Sequence record: MN648445
Length of the DNA stretch: 64,000 bases
Source of the DNA: Escherichia phage FP43
Reading direction: 5' to 3' (one strand)
The notes under the pieces were generated by a model, which had not been told where the DNA came from, searched no databases, and was given only the letters and a program-made list of their open reading frames with translations. Below, piece by piece: positions 20,445-30,871 of this stretch (the first letter of the stretch is position 1; each line of letters opens with the position of its first letter). The position numbers were made by a program, and so were the translations under genes.

Positions 20445-21623
20445 ATGAGTACAGTTTTTAACACACAACAAGTCGATGTTTTGAATGAACCGATGTTCTT
20501 TGGTTCTGGTCTTGGTATTGCGCGTTATGATATTCAACGCCATAAAGTTTTTGAAGATTTGACCGAAAAGCAATTGTCATTTTTCTGGCGCCCCGAAGAG
20601 GTAAACTTGATGTTGGACTCTGCGCAGTTCAATAAGCTTCCTCAGTTCCAACAGGACATCTTTACAAACAATCTTAAGTATCAATCATTATTAGATTCTA
20701 TCCAAGGCAGGGCCCCATCTGCGGTACTTATGGCACTGATTTCTGACCCTTCATTAGATACATGGGTTGCAACATGGACATTCAGTGAAACTATTCACTC
20801 TCGTTCGTATACTCATATTATGCGAAATCTTTATACAGACCCATCTAAGGTATTTGATGAGATTGTATTAGACGAAGCAATCATGAAACGAGCTGAATCA
20901 ATAGGTAAATATTACGATGATGTTCTGGTTAAAACTCGTTATTGGGAAAACGCTAAAGCTGATATCGAATACCAAAAAGAAATTAATGCAGACGAAGACG
21001 TTATTGAAGATGCTATTGAGCATGAGACATATTGGAAGCGTGAGCTAATGAAATCTCTTTACCTCTGCCTCCATGTAATCAACGCGTTGGAAGCTATTCG
21101 TTTTTACGTATCATTTGCATGTACTTTCAACTTCCATAAAAATATGGAAATTATGGAAGGTAATGCAAAGATTATGAAGTTCATTGCTCGTGACGAACAA
21201 CTCCACCTCAAGGGTACTCAGTACATTATCCGTCAACTTCAATCTGGTACTGATGGTGATGAGTGGGTTCAAATTGCTAAAGAATGCGAACAAGAAGCAG
21301 TTGATATTTTTATGGAAGTAAATAGACAAGAGAAGGAATGGGCTGCACACCTCTTTAAAGACGGTACATGTCCAGGTATCAATACGCAGAGTATGTGTGC
21401 TTTTGTCGATTACTTGACTGTGTCTCGTATGAAACAGTGTGGTTTGCCATGCCCAATCACTGATGCTCCGACCAAGCATCCGTATCCTTGGATTCGTGAA
21501 TATCTGAACTCCGATTTAGTTCAAGCAGCTCCTCAGGAAGTTGAAATCAGTTCTTATCTTGTCGCACAAATTGATAATGATGTAGACCAAAATGTAATCA
21601 ATTCATACAAAAAATATTTCTAA
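20445..21623 (+). CDS. nrdB: ribonucleotide reductase small subunit (continuous, no intron)
   Basis: ATG 20445 gives MSTVFNTQQVDVLNEPMFFGSG... as in T4 NrdB; the track start 20433 is a GTG. Confidence 0.95.
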   Translation: MSTVFNTQQVDVLNEPMFFGSGLGIARYDIQRHKVFEDLTEKQLSFFWRPEEVNLMLDSAQFNKLPQFQQDIFTNNLKYQSLLDSIQGRAPSAVLMALISDPSLDTWVATWTFSETIHSRSYTHIMRNLYTDPSKVFDEIVLDEAIMKRAESIGKYYDDVLVKTRYWENAKADIEYQKEINADEDVIEDAIEHETYWKRELMKSLYLCLHVINALEAIRFYVSFACTFNFHKNMEIMEGNAKIMKFIARDEQLHLKGTQYIIRQLQSGTDGDEWVQIAKECEQEAVDIFMEVNRQEKEWAAHLFKDGTCPGINTQSMCAFVDYLTVSRMKQCGLPCPITDAPTKHPYPWIREYLNSDLVQAAPQEVEISSYLVAQIDNDVDQNVINSYKKYF

Positions 21624-21627
21624 GGAC

Positions 21628-21648
21628 GGGACTTCGGTCCCACTTTAT
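21628..21648 (+). terminator. hairpin after nrdB
   Basis: GGGAC-TTCG-GTCCC then ACTTTATT (weak U-tract). Confidence 0.5.
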
Positions 21649-21649
21649 T

Positions 21650-22060
21650 ATGAAAGATATTGCCGCCGAATATTCCTTTATTAAATATACAGAATTGGAG
21701 CTATTAGAAGATGCAACAATTAAAACAGTTGATGTCCCTAATAAGAAAAATGTCATATACGCTATTGCTATAGATGACGAACTTGTGTATATTGGTAAAA
21801 CCAAGAATTTAAAGAAACGCATTAACTATTATCGAACAGCCATAAATCGAAAAGACCAGACTTCAGATTCAAGAAAATCACTTATGATTTTGGATGCCTT
21901 AATGCAAGGCAAAAAGGTTGAATTCTGGGCCCGCCAATGTTTTGACCTTTCAGTCACCAACGAACTTGGTTCAATGACCATCGCAACAATGGACCTTGAA
22001 GAACCGCTTTTTATCAAAAAGTTCAACCCGCCTTGGAATATCCAACATAAGAAAAAGTAG
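21650..22060 (+). CDS. denA: endonuclease II (GIY-YIG family)
   Basis: 136 aa; VIYAIAIDDELVYIGKT...KKRINYY GIY-YIG motif; matches T4 DenA. Confidence 0.9.
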   Translation: MKDIAAEYSFIKYTELELLEDATIKTVDVPNKKNVIYAIAIDDELVYIGKTKNLKKRINYYRTAINRKDQTSDSRKSLMILDALMQGKKVEFWARQCFDLSVTNELGSMTIATMDLEEPLFIKKFNPPWNIQHKKK

Positions 22061-22089
22061 TTTACACACCACAAGGATTGTGGTATAAT
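22060..22089 (+). promoter_or_regulatory. early promoter upstream of rnlA
   Basis: GTTTAC 22060-22065, N18, TATAAT 22084-22089. Confidence 0.65.
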
Positions 22090-22106
22090 TTAAAAAAACT
22101 AACTGA

Positions 22107-23240
<1,134 letters not shown>

Positions 23241-23242
23241 TG

Positions 23243-23272
23243 GTTTACAAACACCAAGGAAGGTGTTACTAT
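23243..23272 (+). promoter_or_regulatory. early promoter upstream of alc
   Basis: GTTTAC 23243-23248, N18, TACTAT 23267-23272. Confidence 0.6.
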
Positions 23273-23302
23273 GGCTTTTATCAATAACACGAGGAGAAAA
23301 TT

Positions 23303-23803
23303 ATGAATATGCAATTGATTACTAATGATATGGTCGTAACCGCTTTTGGAGACACAACTGACGGAATCCGAGTCTTTAAGAAAGGACGTCCAGTTGGTTA
23401 TCTTACTGACCTACGTGTTACACTGGCCAAAAATCTTAAAAAGAAAGTAAAACAAAAAGAGTATTCCACCCGATACGCTGAAGAGAAACGTGAAGCAATG
23501 CCGGAAGCAGTTAATGCCATGGTAGAATTTCTTCAAAACAATTTGACTAAATATGACGCTAATGTTTTCGTTAATATTAGTCAACCAAACGTACATATCG
23601 CAGGTATAAAATTCTACATTATTTGCGACCCTCTTACCGACAAATTCAACCGCCTCGGAATTTCAAGTCCATATCATACAGCAGAAGAGTTGTGTGTATT
23701 GTTTGAATCGTACAAAATCCAGTGTGATGGTTTGAAAACCGTTCTTATCAATGGATTATCCCGAGATGAAATCATTGAGATTATTAAAACATGCTTAAAG
23801 TAA
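23303..23803 (+). CDS. alc: Alc inhibitor of host transcription
   Basis: 166 aa (T4 167); position after rnlA. Confidence 0.8.
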   Translation: MNMQLITNDMVVTAFGDTTDGIRVFKKGRPVGYLTDLRVTLAKNLKKKVKQKEYSTRYAEEKREAMPEAVNAMVEFLQNNLTKYDANVFVNISQPNVHIAGIKFYIICDPLTDKFNRLGISSPYHTAEELCVLFESYKIQCDGLKTVLINGLSRDEIIEIIKTCLK

Positions 23804-24147
23804 ATCCAATTTATGCTATAGTAGCAGCTTTTGCTCTAGTTTCTACGGTAACAATAGTTGTCTTAAACAACAAAGTTGATTCGTTGAATACTGAATTAGC
23901 TTCTGTTAAAAAGACCGCTAAAAACAATGCTAAAGTATTAGACGACTTCAAAGCTCAATATCAGTCAATCGAAGAAATGACTTACAAGAATCGTGTTTTA
24001 GTTGACCAACTTAAGGCCGAAAATGAAAAGCTCCGTAAGGATTCGAAGAAGAAGAACGTGGTGGCAAGTAAACCAGGATTGGTCGAAAAACAAATCAACA
24101 AGTCCTTCGATTCCTTTGCAGAAGACCTCAGGAAGCTCTCAGAATGA
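23791..24147 (+). CDS. pseT.3: i-spanin (Rz-like)
   Basis: 118 aa; N-terminal TM helix (IYAIVAAFALVSTVTIVVL) then coiled coil; overlaps the next ORF; T4 pseT.3 position. Confidence 0.7.
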   Translation: MLKVNPIYAIVAAFALVSTVTIVVLNNKVDSLNTELASVKKTAKNNAKVLDDFKAQYQSIEEMTYKNRVLVDQLKAENEKLRKDSKKKNVVASKPGLVEKQINKSFDSFAEDLRKLSE

Positions 24148-24434
24148 TTAAATTAACCGCAGTTGTATTATCTATTGGTATTTTGGCTGGATGTGCCCAG
24201 GATGTGCCCTTAAGCCCTAAAGAAACTTTACATCCGCCATGGCCTGAATCTATTGTTGAATATAACCAGAAATGGCAAGTAAAGGTTATTGATGGTAATC
24301 CATGGGTTGGAATGCCATTTGAAGACTCTCAAGAATTTCGTATCTGGTTAAACGACGTAAAAAGATATGTACATGACCAGAAGACTATGATATGTTATTA
24401 TCGTAGTGGTTTAAAAGAGGAAAAATGCCAATGA
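24144..24434 (+). CDS. pseT.2: o-spanin lipoprotein (Rz1-like)
   Basis: 96 aa; lipoprotein signal with lipobox ILAGC; directly follows the i-spanin. Confidence 0.7.
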   Translation: MIKLTAVVLSIGILAGCAQDVPLSPKETLHPPWPESIVEYNQKWQVKVIDGNPWVGMPFEDSQEFRIWLNDVKRYVHDQKTMICYYRSGLKEEKCQ

Positions 24435-24649
24435 CTAAAGAACAGCATGAATACATTAAAGGGCTTATCTATGAATCTGAAATGGCGGCTATGATTTATG
24501 GGCGCCAGATTCAACGATTAGAATCTTTGCCTCCGACTAATGACCGCTTGTTAGTTCAGTCTCGTGCTAATCTGAAAAATGAATATCAGAATAAGTGGGC
24601 AGTAGCGACTAAAGCTCTTCACGAGTATATTGAATCTTTAGTAAAATAG
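24425..24649 (+). CDS. hypothetical protein (74 aa)
   Basis: ATG ORF overlapping the upstream stop. Confidence 0.45.
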   Translation: MPMTKEQHEYIKGLIYESEMAAMIYGRQIQRLESLPPTNDRLLVQSRANLKNEYQNKWAVATKALHEYIESLVK

Positions 24650-24678
24650 TTTACAAACTCTCAGGAGCAGAGTATAAT
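24649..24678 (+). promoter_or_regulatory. early promoter cassette
   Basis: GTTTAC 24649-24654, N18, TATAAT 24673-24678; flanking AGGAGC/GCTCCT inverted repeat. Confidence 0.6.
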
Positions 24679-24706
24679 GCTCCTATGGATAATTGAGGAA
24701 ATCTAA

Positions 24707-25005
24707 ATGAAAACATTACTAGAGAATTACATCAAACGGTCTGATGAGTATATTGATATCTGCCGTGGAATGTCACTTGGCAATTATGACAAAGATGCAG
24801 CAAAGGCACTAGATGAAGCAGGTAAAGCTCTTCGTAAAGCTGCTAAAGAAAAAGGGTTGGATTTGCAACAACTCAAAAGTCATATGATTAAATTTATTTC
24901 TTCAAACGTTAGAAGTACGTCAATTAATAAAAACGTTGCTGAAATTAATAAAGACCGGCGCGAGCATAACATTCGTATTCTTGAAATTTTCTTAGGAATA
25001 AAATA

Positions 25006-25006
<1 letters not shown>
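24707..25006 (+). CDS. hypothetical protein (99 aa)
   Basis: ATG ORF preceded by promoter cassette and RBS GAGGAAA. Confidence 0.5.
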
Positions 25007-26092
<1,086 letters not shown>

Positions 26093-26093
<1 letters not shown>

Positions 26094-26284
26094 TGAAACG
26101 ATTATATGAAGTGATTGAGGCCATCGAACAGCATAAAGAATATTTGTTTGTAGCCTGGCCTTTAGTAAATGGACAGTTCGGTATTGATGTGCTGGACTAT
26201 GAGCATGAAGAACGTTTGGACGGTGGTATATTTGATAACGTCGACCAGGCAATTGAATGGTTAAATGAAAACTATGTACGATAA
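26093..26284 (+). CDS. hypothetical protein (63 aa)
   Basis: ATG overlapping the pseT stop. Confidence 0.4.
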
Positions 26285-26489
26285 ACATCATGAAATCGAA
26301 GATGAAGCATACAAAATGCTTCGTAAACTAGTGGGACTTAATATGAGTCCTACATTAATCAACAAACTCGCAGGAATTCGTAATGATCTGAATACTCGTT
26401 ACAAAGGCGAATATCATGTAGAGTTTGTTCCTGTAGGTGAACCGACCGAGCGATTTGTTGTTCGAGTTAAAGTAAATACTGTACACTGA
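26265..26489 (+). CDS. hypothetical protein (74 aa)
   Basis: ATG ORF in the cd.x-like region. Confidence 0.4.
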   Translation: MKTMYDKHHEIEDEAYKMLRKLVGLNMSPTLINKLAGIRNDLNTRYKGEYHVEFVPVGEPTERFVVRVKVNTVH

Positions 26490-26496
26490 GGTAATT

Positions 26497-26772
26497 ATGT
26501 TCCCAACTTATTCTGAAATTGTAAAGGTAGTCTTCAGTCAGATTATTGCTAATAATATGTTTGAAGTGCTTGATAATGCAGCCGAACTCAGAGTTCATGC
26601 TCAACTAACTCATGTACTCAATGCTTTGCTCCCAGACCAAGTAGATTCTATTGCTATTACTCTTCTCCCTGGGTCTGCACACGTCATAGTGGTATTTGAT
26701 CTTGACGGCGATTTAGTTATCCAATGTGATATCAATTTCGGTACACAAAAAATTGAATGCAAAGCAATTTAA
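26497..26772 (+). CDS. hypothetical protein (91 aa)
   Basis: ATG ORF with short spacing to neighbours. Confidence 0.45.
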   Translation: MFPTYSEIVKVVFSQIIANNMFEVLDNAAELRVHAQLTHVLNALLPDQVDSIAITLLPGSAHVIVVFDLDGDLVIQCDINFGTQKIECKAI

Positions 26773-26774
26773 TG

Positions 26775-26813
26775 GTTTACAACATGGTGGAGTTGTGATA
26801 CTATAACTCTACC
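26775..26813 (+). promoter_or_regulatory. early promoter cassette (PeSL-like)
   Basis: GTTTAC 26775-26780, N18, TACTAT 26799-26804; imperfect 9-bp inverted repeat 26786-26794 / 26805-26813. Confidence 0.6.
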
Positions 26814-26832
26814 AACAAATGAGGAAATAGAA

Positions 26833-27069
26833 ATGCTAAGTGAAAACCCAATTACAGTACACGAATTTCAGATTAAAGTAAAAGAATTTGCTCAAGCACT
26901 CATCAATAAAGTGTCTGAACGTTTCCAAGATGCAACATTACGAGTTATTCAAGAATCTCCACGTTCTTTTCTCATAATCGTTAATCCTAAAGATGGTGAC
27001 CAAATTACTAATCTTAAATTAGGCAGTGATGGTCTTGTTGAAGCAACTCGAGTATATGGAACACTATAA
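26833..27069 (+). CDS. hypothetical protein (78 aa)
   Basis: ATG ORF preceded by promoter cassette and RBS GAGGAAA. Confidence 0.5.
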   Translation: MLSENPITVHEFQIKVKEFAQALINKVSERFQDATLRVIQESPRSFLIIVNPKDGDQITNLKLGSDGLVEATRVYGTL

Positions 27070-27187
27070 TGAGAGCTATCTCATTACTATCGAGAATGGT
27101 CATAAATCTGAGCACTACCAACTTAGCCTATCTAATCCGGTTAAAGGTATTGTTGAATCAGAATCTGTTTATATCTCCTAAGGATTG
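27056..27187 (+). CDS. possible small ORF (43 aa)
   Basis: ATG 27056 overlapping the upstream stop; fills the 120-nt gap before the DAHP synthase gene; below the ORF-track size cutoff; weak RBS. Confidence 0.2.
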
Positions 27188-27189
27188 TT

Positions 27190-28182
27190 ATGTTACCTGT
27201 CATCAGAAAACTTATTTCTCCAAAAGAACTGGCTGAGATTATTCCTTTGTCGGAAGCTTACGCATCACAAGTGGCTTCTCATCGCGAACAAGTTAATTCG
27301 ATTATGAACGGTGAAGACCCACGCAAACTTATTGTTGTAGGTCCTTGTTCAATTCATGACCCTATTGCTGCTGTTGAATACGGCAAACGTCTGGCTGAAC
27401 TTCAAACTCGTCTTCCTAATGTTCTGTTAGTGATGCGCGTTTATTTTGAAAAGCCTCGAACTACCGTAGGTTGGAAAGGTCTTGTAAATGATCCATATCT
27501 TGACGGAAGTTTTGATATGAACCACGGTCTTATAGTTGCACGAACATTGTGTCGTAAACTTCTACGTATGGGACTTCCATTAGCAACTGAAGTATTAGAC
27601 CCATTCACGATTAAGTATCTTTCTGGTATTTTCTCATGGGTTGCTATTGGCGCCCGTACGACTGAAAGTCAGACACATCGTGAAATTGCTTCGGGTCTAC
27701 CGATGTGCGTAGGCTTCAAGAACGCAACCAATGGTTCTATTAAAGTAGCTACAGACGCGATGTATAGTGCCGCCTGGCCTCATCGGTATATGGGTATGGA
27801 CGTCGATGGTACTGTAGGCATTGTTGAAGCTGAAGGTAATCAGAATACGCATATCGTATTGCGTGGCGGGACCAACGGCCCGAACTATCATTCTTCTGAT
27901 ATTCAAGAAGCTTCTAACAAAGCAAGGGCAGTAGGTCTGAATCATTATGTAATGGTTGACTGTAGCCATGCAAACGCTGATGGGCATTATAGCAATCAAA
28001 TTGGTATTGGTAAAAATTTAGCAGCTAATGATTTGGTCAAAGGAATTATGATAGAATCATTCCTACATGAAGGAAATCAAAAAATTTCCGATAATATGTC
28101 CTATGGCGTTTCCGTTACCGATGCGTGCATCAGTTGGGAACAAACTAAAGAGCTGTTAACTTATATTAATAAGGTTCAATAA
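27190..28182 (+). CDS. 3-deoxy-D-arabino-heptulosonate-7-phosphate (DAHP) synthase, class I (AroG/F/H-like)
   Basis: 330 aa; VVGPCSIHD and VYFEKPRTTVGWKGL and AIGARTTESQTHRE motifs align with E. coli AroG as recalled. Confidence 0.85.
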   Translation: MLPVIRKLISPKELAEIIPLSEAYASQVASHREQVNSIMNGEDPRKLIVVGPCSIHDPIAAVEYGKRLAELQTRLPNVLLVMRVYFEKPRTTVGWKGLVNDPYLDGSFDMNHGLIVARTLCRKLLRMGLPLATEVLDPFTIKYLSGIFSWVAIGARTTESQTHREIASGLPMCVGFKNATNGSIKVATDAMYSAAWPHRYMGMDVDGTVGIVEAEGNQNTHIVLRGGTNGPNYHSSDIQEASNKARAVGLNHYVMVDCSHANADGHYSNQIGIGKNLAANDLVKGIMIESFLHEGNQKISDNMSYGVSVTDACISWEQTKELLTYINKVQ

Positions 28183-28763
28183 TGAAAGCTAGCACATACC
28201 TTCAGATTGCATATCTGATTTCTCAAGAATCAAAATGTTGTTCATGGAAAGTTGGCGCAGTCATTGAAAAAGATGGGCGCATTATTTCTACTGGGTATAA
28301 CGGTTCACCTGCAGGTGGCGTTAACTGTTGCGAACATGCATCTGAAAATGGTTGGTTGAAGAATAAACCAATCCCAGTCATCGTTGCTGGGCATAAAGAA
28401 GGCACTACAGCATTTGGACGGGCCGATAATTTTGTTTTGGCTAAAGAACATCGGGCTGCTCATAGTGCATGGTCTGCCAATAACGAAATCCATGCGGAAC
28501 TGAATGCAATTTTGTTTGCAGCTCGTAAAGGTAATTCTATTGAAGGTGCTACGTTGTATACGACACTTTCTCCATGTCCTGATTGCACTAAAGCTATTAC
28601 ACAGTCAGGTATTAAAAAGGTTGTATATGCAGAATTATATGACCGATCTCCTGAAAATTGGGCAGACATTCTTAAACAAGCTGGTATTGAAGTAATTCAG
28701 TACTCTCGTAATAATCTTCGTTCTCTGAATTGGGAACAAATCCGAAACTTTTGTGGTGAATAA
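28182..28763 (+). CDS. cd: dCMP deaminase
   Basis: 193 aa as in T4 Cd; HAELNA and PCPDC zinc motifs. Confidence 0.9.
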   Translation: MKASTYLQIAYLISQESKCCSWKVGAVIEKDGRIISTGYNGSPAGGVNCCEHASENGWLKNKPIPVIVAGHKEGTTAFGRADNFVLAKEHRAAHSAWSANNEIHAELNAILFAARKGNSIEGATLYTTLSPCPDCTKAITQSGIKKVVYAELYDRSPENWADILKQAGIEVIQYSRNNLRSLNWEQIRNFCGE

Positions 28764-28764
28764 T

Positions 28765-29061
28765 ATGATTTTAACTGAACAAGAAACTATGGTTCTTCGT
28801 GAACGTATTAAAACTATTCTGTCTGTAGGCGTTCATTGTGTTGTATTTGAAAAGGCTAACGGTGATGTTCGTACGATGTTTGCCTCCCGTGATGAACTTG
28901 AAGTCAAATACGAAAATAACAATCCGGCAACAGAAGTTCGTTATGAACCTCGTGAATCAGTTCGAGCATTCGATACCAAGTTAGGCCAGTGGCGTTCTTT
29001 CCGCCTTGATAAAGTAATTTCGGTTGATGGTACTCCGGTAGAACGTTTGCTTCTTATGTAA
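28765..29061 (+). CDS. hypothetical protein (98 aa)
   Basis: ATG 28765 just after the cd stop; the track start 28753 is a GTG. Confidence 0.5.
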   Translation: MILTEQETMVLRERIKTILSVGVHCVVFEKANGDVRTMFASRDELEVKYENNNPATEVRYEPRESVRAFDTKLGQWRSFRLDKVISVDGTPVERLLLM

Positions 29062-29063
29062 TA

Positions 29064-29088
29064 TGCTTTACGAATAGTATGGTATTAT
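29064..29088 (+). promoter_or_regulatory. middle promoter (MotA box + -10) upstream of gene 31
   Basis: TGCTTTA 29064-29070, 12-nt gap, TATTAT 29083-29088. Confidence 0.55.
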
Positions 29089-29118
29089 TAATCTATCGAC
29101 AAACAACAAGGAAATAAG

Positions 29119-29451
29119 ATGTCTGAAGTACAACTCCCAATTCGTGCTGTTGGTGAATATGTCATTCTGGTTTCTGAACCCGCTCAAGCAGGTGATGAAG
29201 AAGTTACCGAATCAGGACTTGTGATTGGTAAACGTGTTCAAGGTGAAGTTCCTGAACTATGCGTAGTTCATTCTGTAGGTCCTGATGTTCCTGAAGGTTT
29301 TGTTGAAGTCGGTGATTTGACTCCACTACCAGTTGGACAAATTCGAAATGTTCCACATCCATTTGTGGCTTTGGGACTTAAACAACCTAAAGAAATTAAA
29401 CAGAAATTCGTAACATGCCACTATAAAGCTATTCCGTGTCTTTATAAGTGA
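29119..29451 (+). CDS. 31: gp31 co-chaperonin (GroES-like)
   Basis: 110 aa; matches T4 gp31 as recalled. Confidence 0.9.
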   Translation: MSEVQLPIRAVGEYVILVSEPAQAGDEEVTESGLVIGKRVQGEVPELCVVHSVGPDVPEGFVEVGDLTPLPVGQIRNVPHPFVALGLKQPKEIKQKFVTCHYKAIPCLYK

Positions 29452-29459
29452 TATAAATA
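29452..29459 (+). promoter_or_regulatory. possible late promoter TATAAATA upstream of rIII
   Basis: Exact TATAAATA on the plus strand right after the gene 31 stop. Confidence 0.35.
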
Positions 29460-29575
29460 ACTATATGAAGAGAACACTCTTCTAAGCGGTAGCCTACAAC
29501 TGAGAGACTTGTCGAAAGAAGGTGAAATTCAGACGAACGTGGCTACTAAATATTATCTCGAATTGAGAATTTAAA

Positions 29576-29824
29576 ATGATTAAACAATTACAACACGCTC
29601 TTGAACTGCAACGCAACGCATGGAATAACGGTCACGAAAACTACGGCGCGTCAATTGATGTTGAAGCCGAAGCACTGGAAATCCTGCGTTATTTCAAACA
29701 CCTGAATCCTGCTCAGGCTACTCTGGCTTCTGAACTGGAAGCTAAAGATGAATTGAAATATGCTAAGCCTCTGGCTTCTGCAGCACGCAAAGCAGTTCGT
29801 CATTTTGTTATTACCCTTAAATAA
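29576..29824 (+). CDS. rIII: rIII lysis inhibition accessory protein
   Basis: 82 aa as in T4 RIII; position after gene 31. Confidence 0.8.
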   Translation: MIKQLQHALELQRNAWNNGHENYGASIDVEAEALEILRYFKHLNPAQATLASELEAKDELKYAKPLASAARKAVRHFVITLK

Positions 29825-30118
29825 GTTTTAGGTGATTCGCTACCTTAGTGCGGCTAGAAAATCGAGGAGCCGTCGAACTGTCTGATTAATGATTTGCGAA
29901 TCATTATAGTTTTAAGACCCCGGCAGTTTTACGGTGTACCTCTTGAATGTATTTTATACTATCACGCGTCAGAAAAAGGTTATCTGTCTAAGTCGTGGTT
30001 GGTATGATGACGGGTTTATGGTTATCCTGTCGTTAAATATCCAAAACCTATGTTCCCCTTGAGGGCTTGCGCAGGCAATGTCAATAAGTCCTGCATTTTC
30101 ATTTAAAGAGAATTTATA

Positions 30119-30298
30119 ATGGCAAAACAAGCTAAAGCAAAGAAAGCAGTTGAAAAGAAAGTTGATGGTACCTCTAAACGCGCTGGATACAAGCGTGGGT
30201 CGAACTCTCGTATTAATCAAACAGTTGAGAAGATCATGCGCAGAGCACGTGCAGTTCTTCGAGATGATGCTTCTCGTTTTGGAAAGGTTGTTGCATAA
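30119..30298 (+). CDS. small lysine/arginine-rich protein (59 aa)
   Basis: ATG 30119 to TAA 30296-30298; sequence MAKQAKAKKAVEKKVDGTSKRAGYKRGSNSRINQTVEKIMRRARAVLRDDASRFGKVVA; followed 5 nt later by a strong terminator; missing from the track (under 60 aa). Confidence 0.45.
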   Translation: MAKQAKAKKAVEKKVDGTSKRAGYKRGSNSRINQTVEKIMRRARAVLRDDASRFGKVVA

Positions 30299-30303
30299 TT
30301 TTA

Positions 30304-30326
30304 GGGAGACTTCGGTCTCCCTTTTG
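30304..30326 (+). terminator. rho-independent terminator after the small basic ORF
   Basis: GGGAGAC-TTCG-GTCTCCC + TTTTG. Confidence 0.8.
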
Positions 30327-30357
30327 TGCGTTTAGGGCAGAAAAAGTTTAAAAAGAT

Positions 30358-30386
30358 GTTTACTCTCCTGTAGGATGTGTTACTAT
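30358..30386 (+). promoter_or_regulatory. early promoter cassette
   Basis: GTTTAC 30358-30363, N17, TACTAT 30381-30386. Confidence 0.6.
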
Positions 30387-30428
30387 AGACTTGTACCATC
30401 TAATCAATAAAACAACCTGGAGAACAAA

Positions 30429-30797
30429 ATGAAAATCAATCTGAACTCATACATCAAATGTAAAGACCACGACGGTTATAAAGCTATCGAAATTAAAGAA
30501 TTCCAGTGGATGTTATACAAAGAGCAATTTGAGATCGTAAGTTGTATGACCCCTGAAGGTCCTTCAAATGATTTCTCTTGGAAAATTGTGTTAGCAAACT
30601 TTTTCACAGGTGACACATACGAATTAAAAACTATTATTACAGGTAAAATTCGCTCAGAAACATATGTTGACGAAGAAACTGGTTACTCTGAAGATGTCAC
30701 ATGGTATCAAAATGGACGCATTACAGCAGATAACCTGATCGAAAAAATGAAAGCCAAAGGTGTTTTAAATTTAGACAATTGGATTAAAGTTGCATAA
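30429..30797 (+). CDS. hypothetical protein (122 aa)
   Basis: ATG ORF with own promoter cassette and RBS. Confidence 0.55.
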   Translation: MKINLNSYIKCKDHDGYKAIEIKEFQWMLYKEQFEIVSCMTPEGPSNDFSWKIVLANFFTGDTYELKTIITGKIRSETYVDEETGYSEDVTWYQNGRITADNLIEKMKAKGVLNLDNWIKVA

Positions 30798-30801
30798 AAC
30801 A

Positions 30802-30841
30802 GTTTACTTTGGTACAGGTTATGTTATTATAGACCTGTACC
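30802..30841 (+). promoter_or_regulatory. early promoter cassette with 9-bp hairpin around the -10 (PeSL-like)
   Basis: GTTTAC 30802-30807, TATTAT 30825-30830; inverted repeat GGTACAGGT (30811-30819) / ACCTGTACC (30833-30841). Confidence 0.6.
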
Positions 30842-30871
30842 AACAAACAACTTAAACATCTGGAGAATAAA

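Noticed and set aside
21111-21479. 122-aa minus-strand ORF inside nrdB
   Set aside because: Antisense artefact within a conserved gene.
29969-30220. 83-aa minus-strand ORF in the rIII-downstream noncoding region
   Set aside because: Antisense to the surrounding operon, no RBS, Phe/Leu/Cys-rich; likely spurious.
30150-30335. Track ORF of 61 aa overlapping the small basic ORF in another frame
   Set aside because: It runs through the terminator hairpin (30304-30321); the 59-aa frame from ATG 30119 stops 5 nt before the hairpin and has a more plausible composition.
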